Positions 62,550-64,000 of a stretch of 64,000 bases of DNA are shown here, piece after piece. This stretch comes from Curvularia clavata (lineage: Eukaryota): contig CP089274.1 in the NCBI GenBank assembly GCA_023920165.1, positions 3,968,001 through 4,032,000 on the forward strand, given 5' to 3'. The position numbers and the translations under genes are program-made. How positions within the stretch are numbered: the first letter of the stretch is position 1; each line of letters starts with the position of its first letter. The notes beneath the pieces are model-generated. The model was not told the origin of the DNA and did not search any database. It saw only the letters and a program-made list of their open reading frames with translations.

Positions 62550-64000
62550 TCCCCCCTCGGTCCTAACCTTTACCCCTCTCCACTCCCCATATCCATCCGG
62601 CTCAACTCACTACACTGCACCCTCTTGGTCCCTGACTAACAAAAACCCACATCATCACGCCCTCACGCCTTGCACCCCGCAGCCCAGCCAGTCACCCCTT
62701 GCCTCAACCCGCCCGTGCACACCGATAGGCCCCCATGTGTTTTTTTGCCCCAGACCGAAATGCGGAGTTGCTTGCACATAGACGCTAGGCTAGTCGACTG
62801 GCTAAGTGTGTGGCGGCCGCCGCAGCATCGCCAAGACGGGTGTTTTGTCGTAGCGTCTGTACTGGCTTGTTTCGTTTCAACCAGCTGTGGAGTTAGTCCA
62901 GTCACTCTAGTTGGTTGGAGGCCATCAGTGTGGCTAGAGCTGCAAGGGCATACAAGACTAGGGTAATATCCAGCCAGCGAGGGTCAGGCCGAGGTAGACG
63001 GCTTGTGGTACGGGCTGTGTGTGGATGGTTTGGTTTTCTTTGGGGGTACGCAGGGTGCTTCTTTGAGCGGTTGGAGTATGAGCAAATGGGCTTGTTTGTT
63101 TGTGTCGTCGATCATTCGTGCCTTTTCATGGTCAGCGTGACTTGTCTGAATTCTCTTTCGCCCCTACCTAATACCATGGCAAAATGCAAACATACGAAAA
63201 TGGTTCAGGTACGCCCCGCGACAAAGCAATATCTCTCTTGCTTGCTTGCTTGCTGGATGGATGGCTAGCACATATCGAAAGACGGAATCCGAGCCTTCTT
63301 TTCCGCAGCCCTCTGACTCGCTAGCTCGTACATACCTCCCCTACTCTGTACGTACGTACGTACGTATGTGGGATACCAAGGTACATACATACATCATGTA
63401 CATACAACCACGCACCTTAGTCTGCACTTGCACTTGCACTTGCGCTCGCACTTACAAAGTGGAACCCATCAGAGTTCCGCCGGGCGCTTGCTCTTTCACC
63501 ATGGCGCCCATGCATTTGTCCGAAAACCCGGGGCAATCTTGGCACATGGGCTCTCTGATGACGATGGGGTGAGTAGAGTGGAGTCAAGTAAGCGGGTAAG
63601 CCAGGGCAGCATGGATGAATACATGGATGAATTGAACAGGACCACCCCCCGGGGCGGGTATGTATGTGTGCAGAGCTTAGCTTAGCTTGAGTTGACCGAT
63701 GGAAAAAATCTGCAGAGAAAGAATGAACATTATGGGGGGTTTTTCCGCGGTGAGCGCTGGGAAAAAGGTGAACGGGCAGAGGTCAGAGAAGCGAGTGTGG
63801 TGGAGATATGGTACTCGTTGTTGTTTTGCTACACAGTAGAAATGTATGGTACGTAGTCTTGTCAACTCCAGCAAAACAAAACACAAGAGAACGGGAGAAT
63901 CAGCCACCACCACCACCACCACCTCTCCCTGTGCCCTGAAAATTCTCCTCTGAATCCACTATGTAGTGTGCACACGCCATTAGGGAAAGAAAAAGGACTT

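Noticed and set aside
1..64000. tRNA, 5S or other rRNA genes and telomeric repeats
   Set aside because: None recognised by eye. A tRNAscan-SE/Rfam scan is needed to exclude them.

Overview
Eukaryotic DNA from a filamentous ascomycete, judged from GT-AG introns with CTRAC branch points and RIP-like C->T/G->A decay. A Dothideomycete/Pleosporales-like host is my inference. The window has two halves. About 1-35,000 is an accessory, TE-rich, partly RIP-damaged block. It holds a Zn2Cys6 TF, a bZIP pseudogene, a ~480-bp direct repeat flanking an orphan gene, an alpha/beta-hydrolase, a divergent beta-tubulin, an endosulfine pseudogene, a nest of pogo/Fot1 and Gypsy elements, a CorA-like protein, a small secreted protein, and an MFS pump with a Zn2Cys6 regulator. 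About 35,500-64,000 is a gene-dense core block: RPT5, BTA1, RER1, enoyl-CoA hydratase, ferric reductase-like, SKI2, CSM3/SWI3, HPR1/THOC1 and a homeobox TF. The most striking object is an intact chromoviral Gypsy element (14696-22027, identical 209-bp LTRs). Besides gag and pol it carries an antisense, three-intron gene for a ~296-aa protein with a stretched six-cysteine motif. The element also contains ten copies of a CCAA(A/T)TTGG motif, nine in non-coding DNA, including one in each of those introns. This is a candidate self-encoded, sequence-specific regulator or anti-silencing system. All gene models were assembled by eye and no searches were run.
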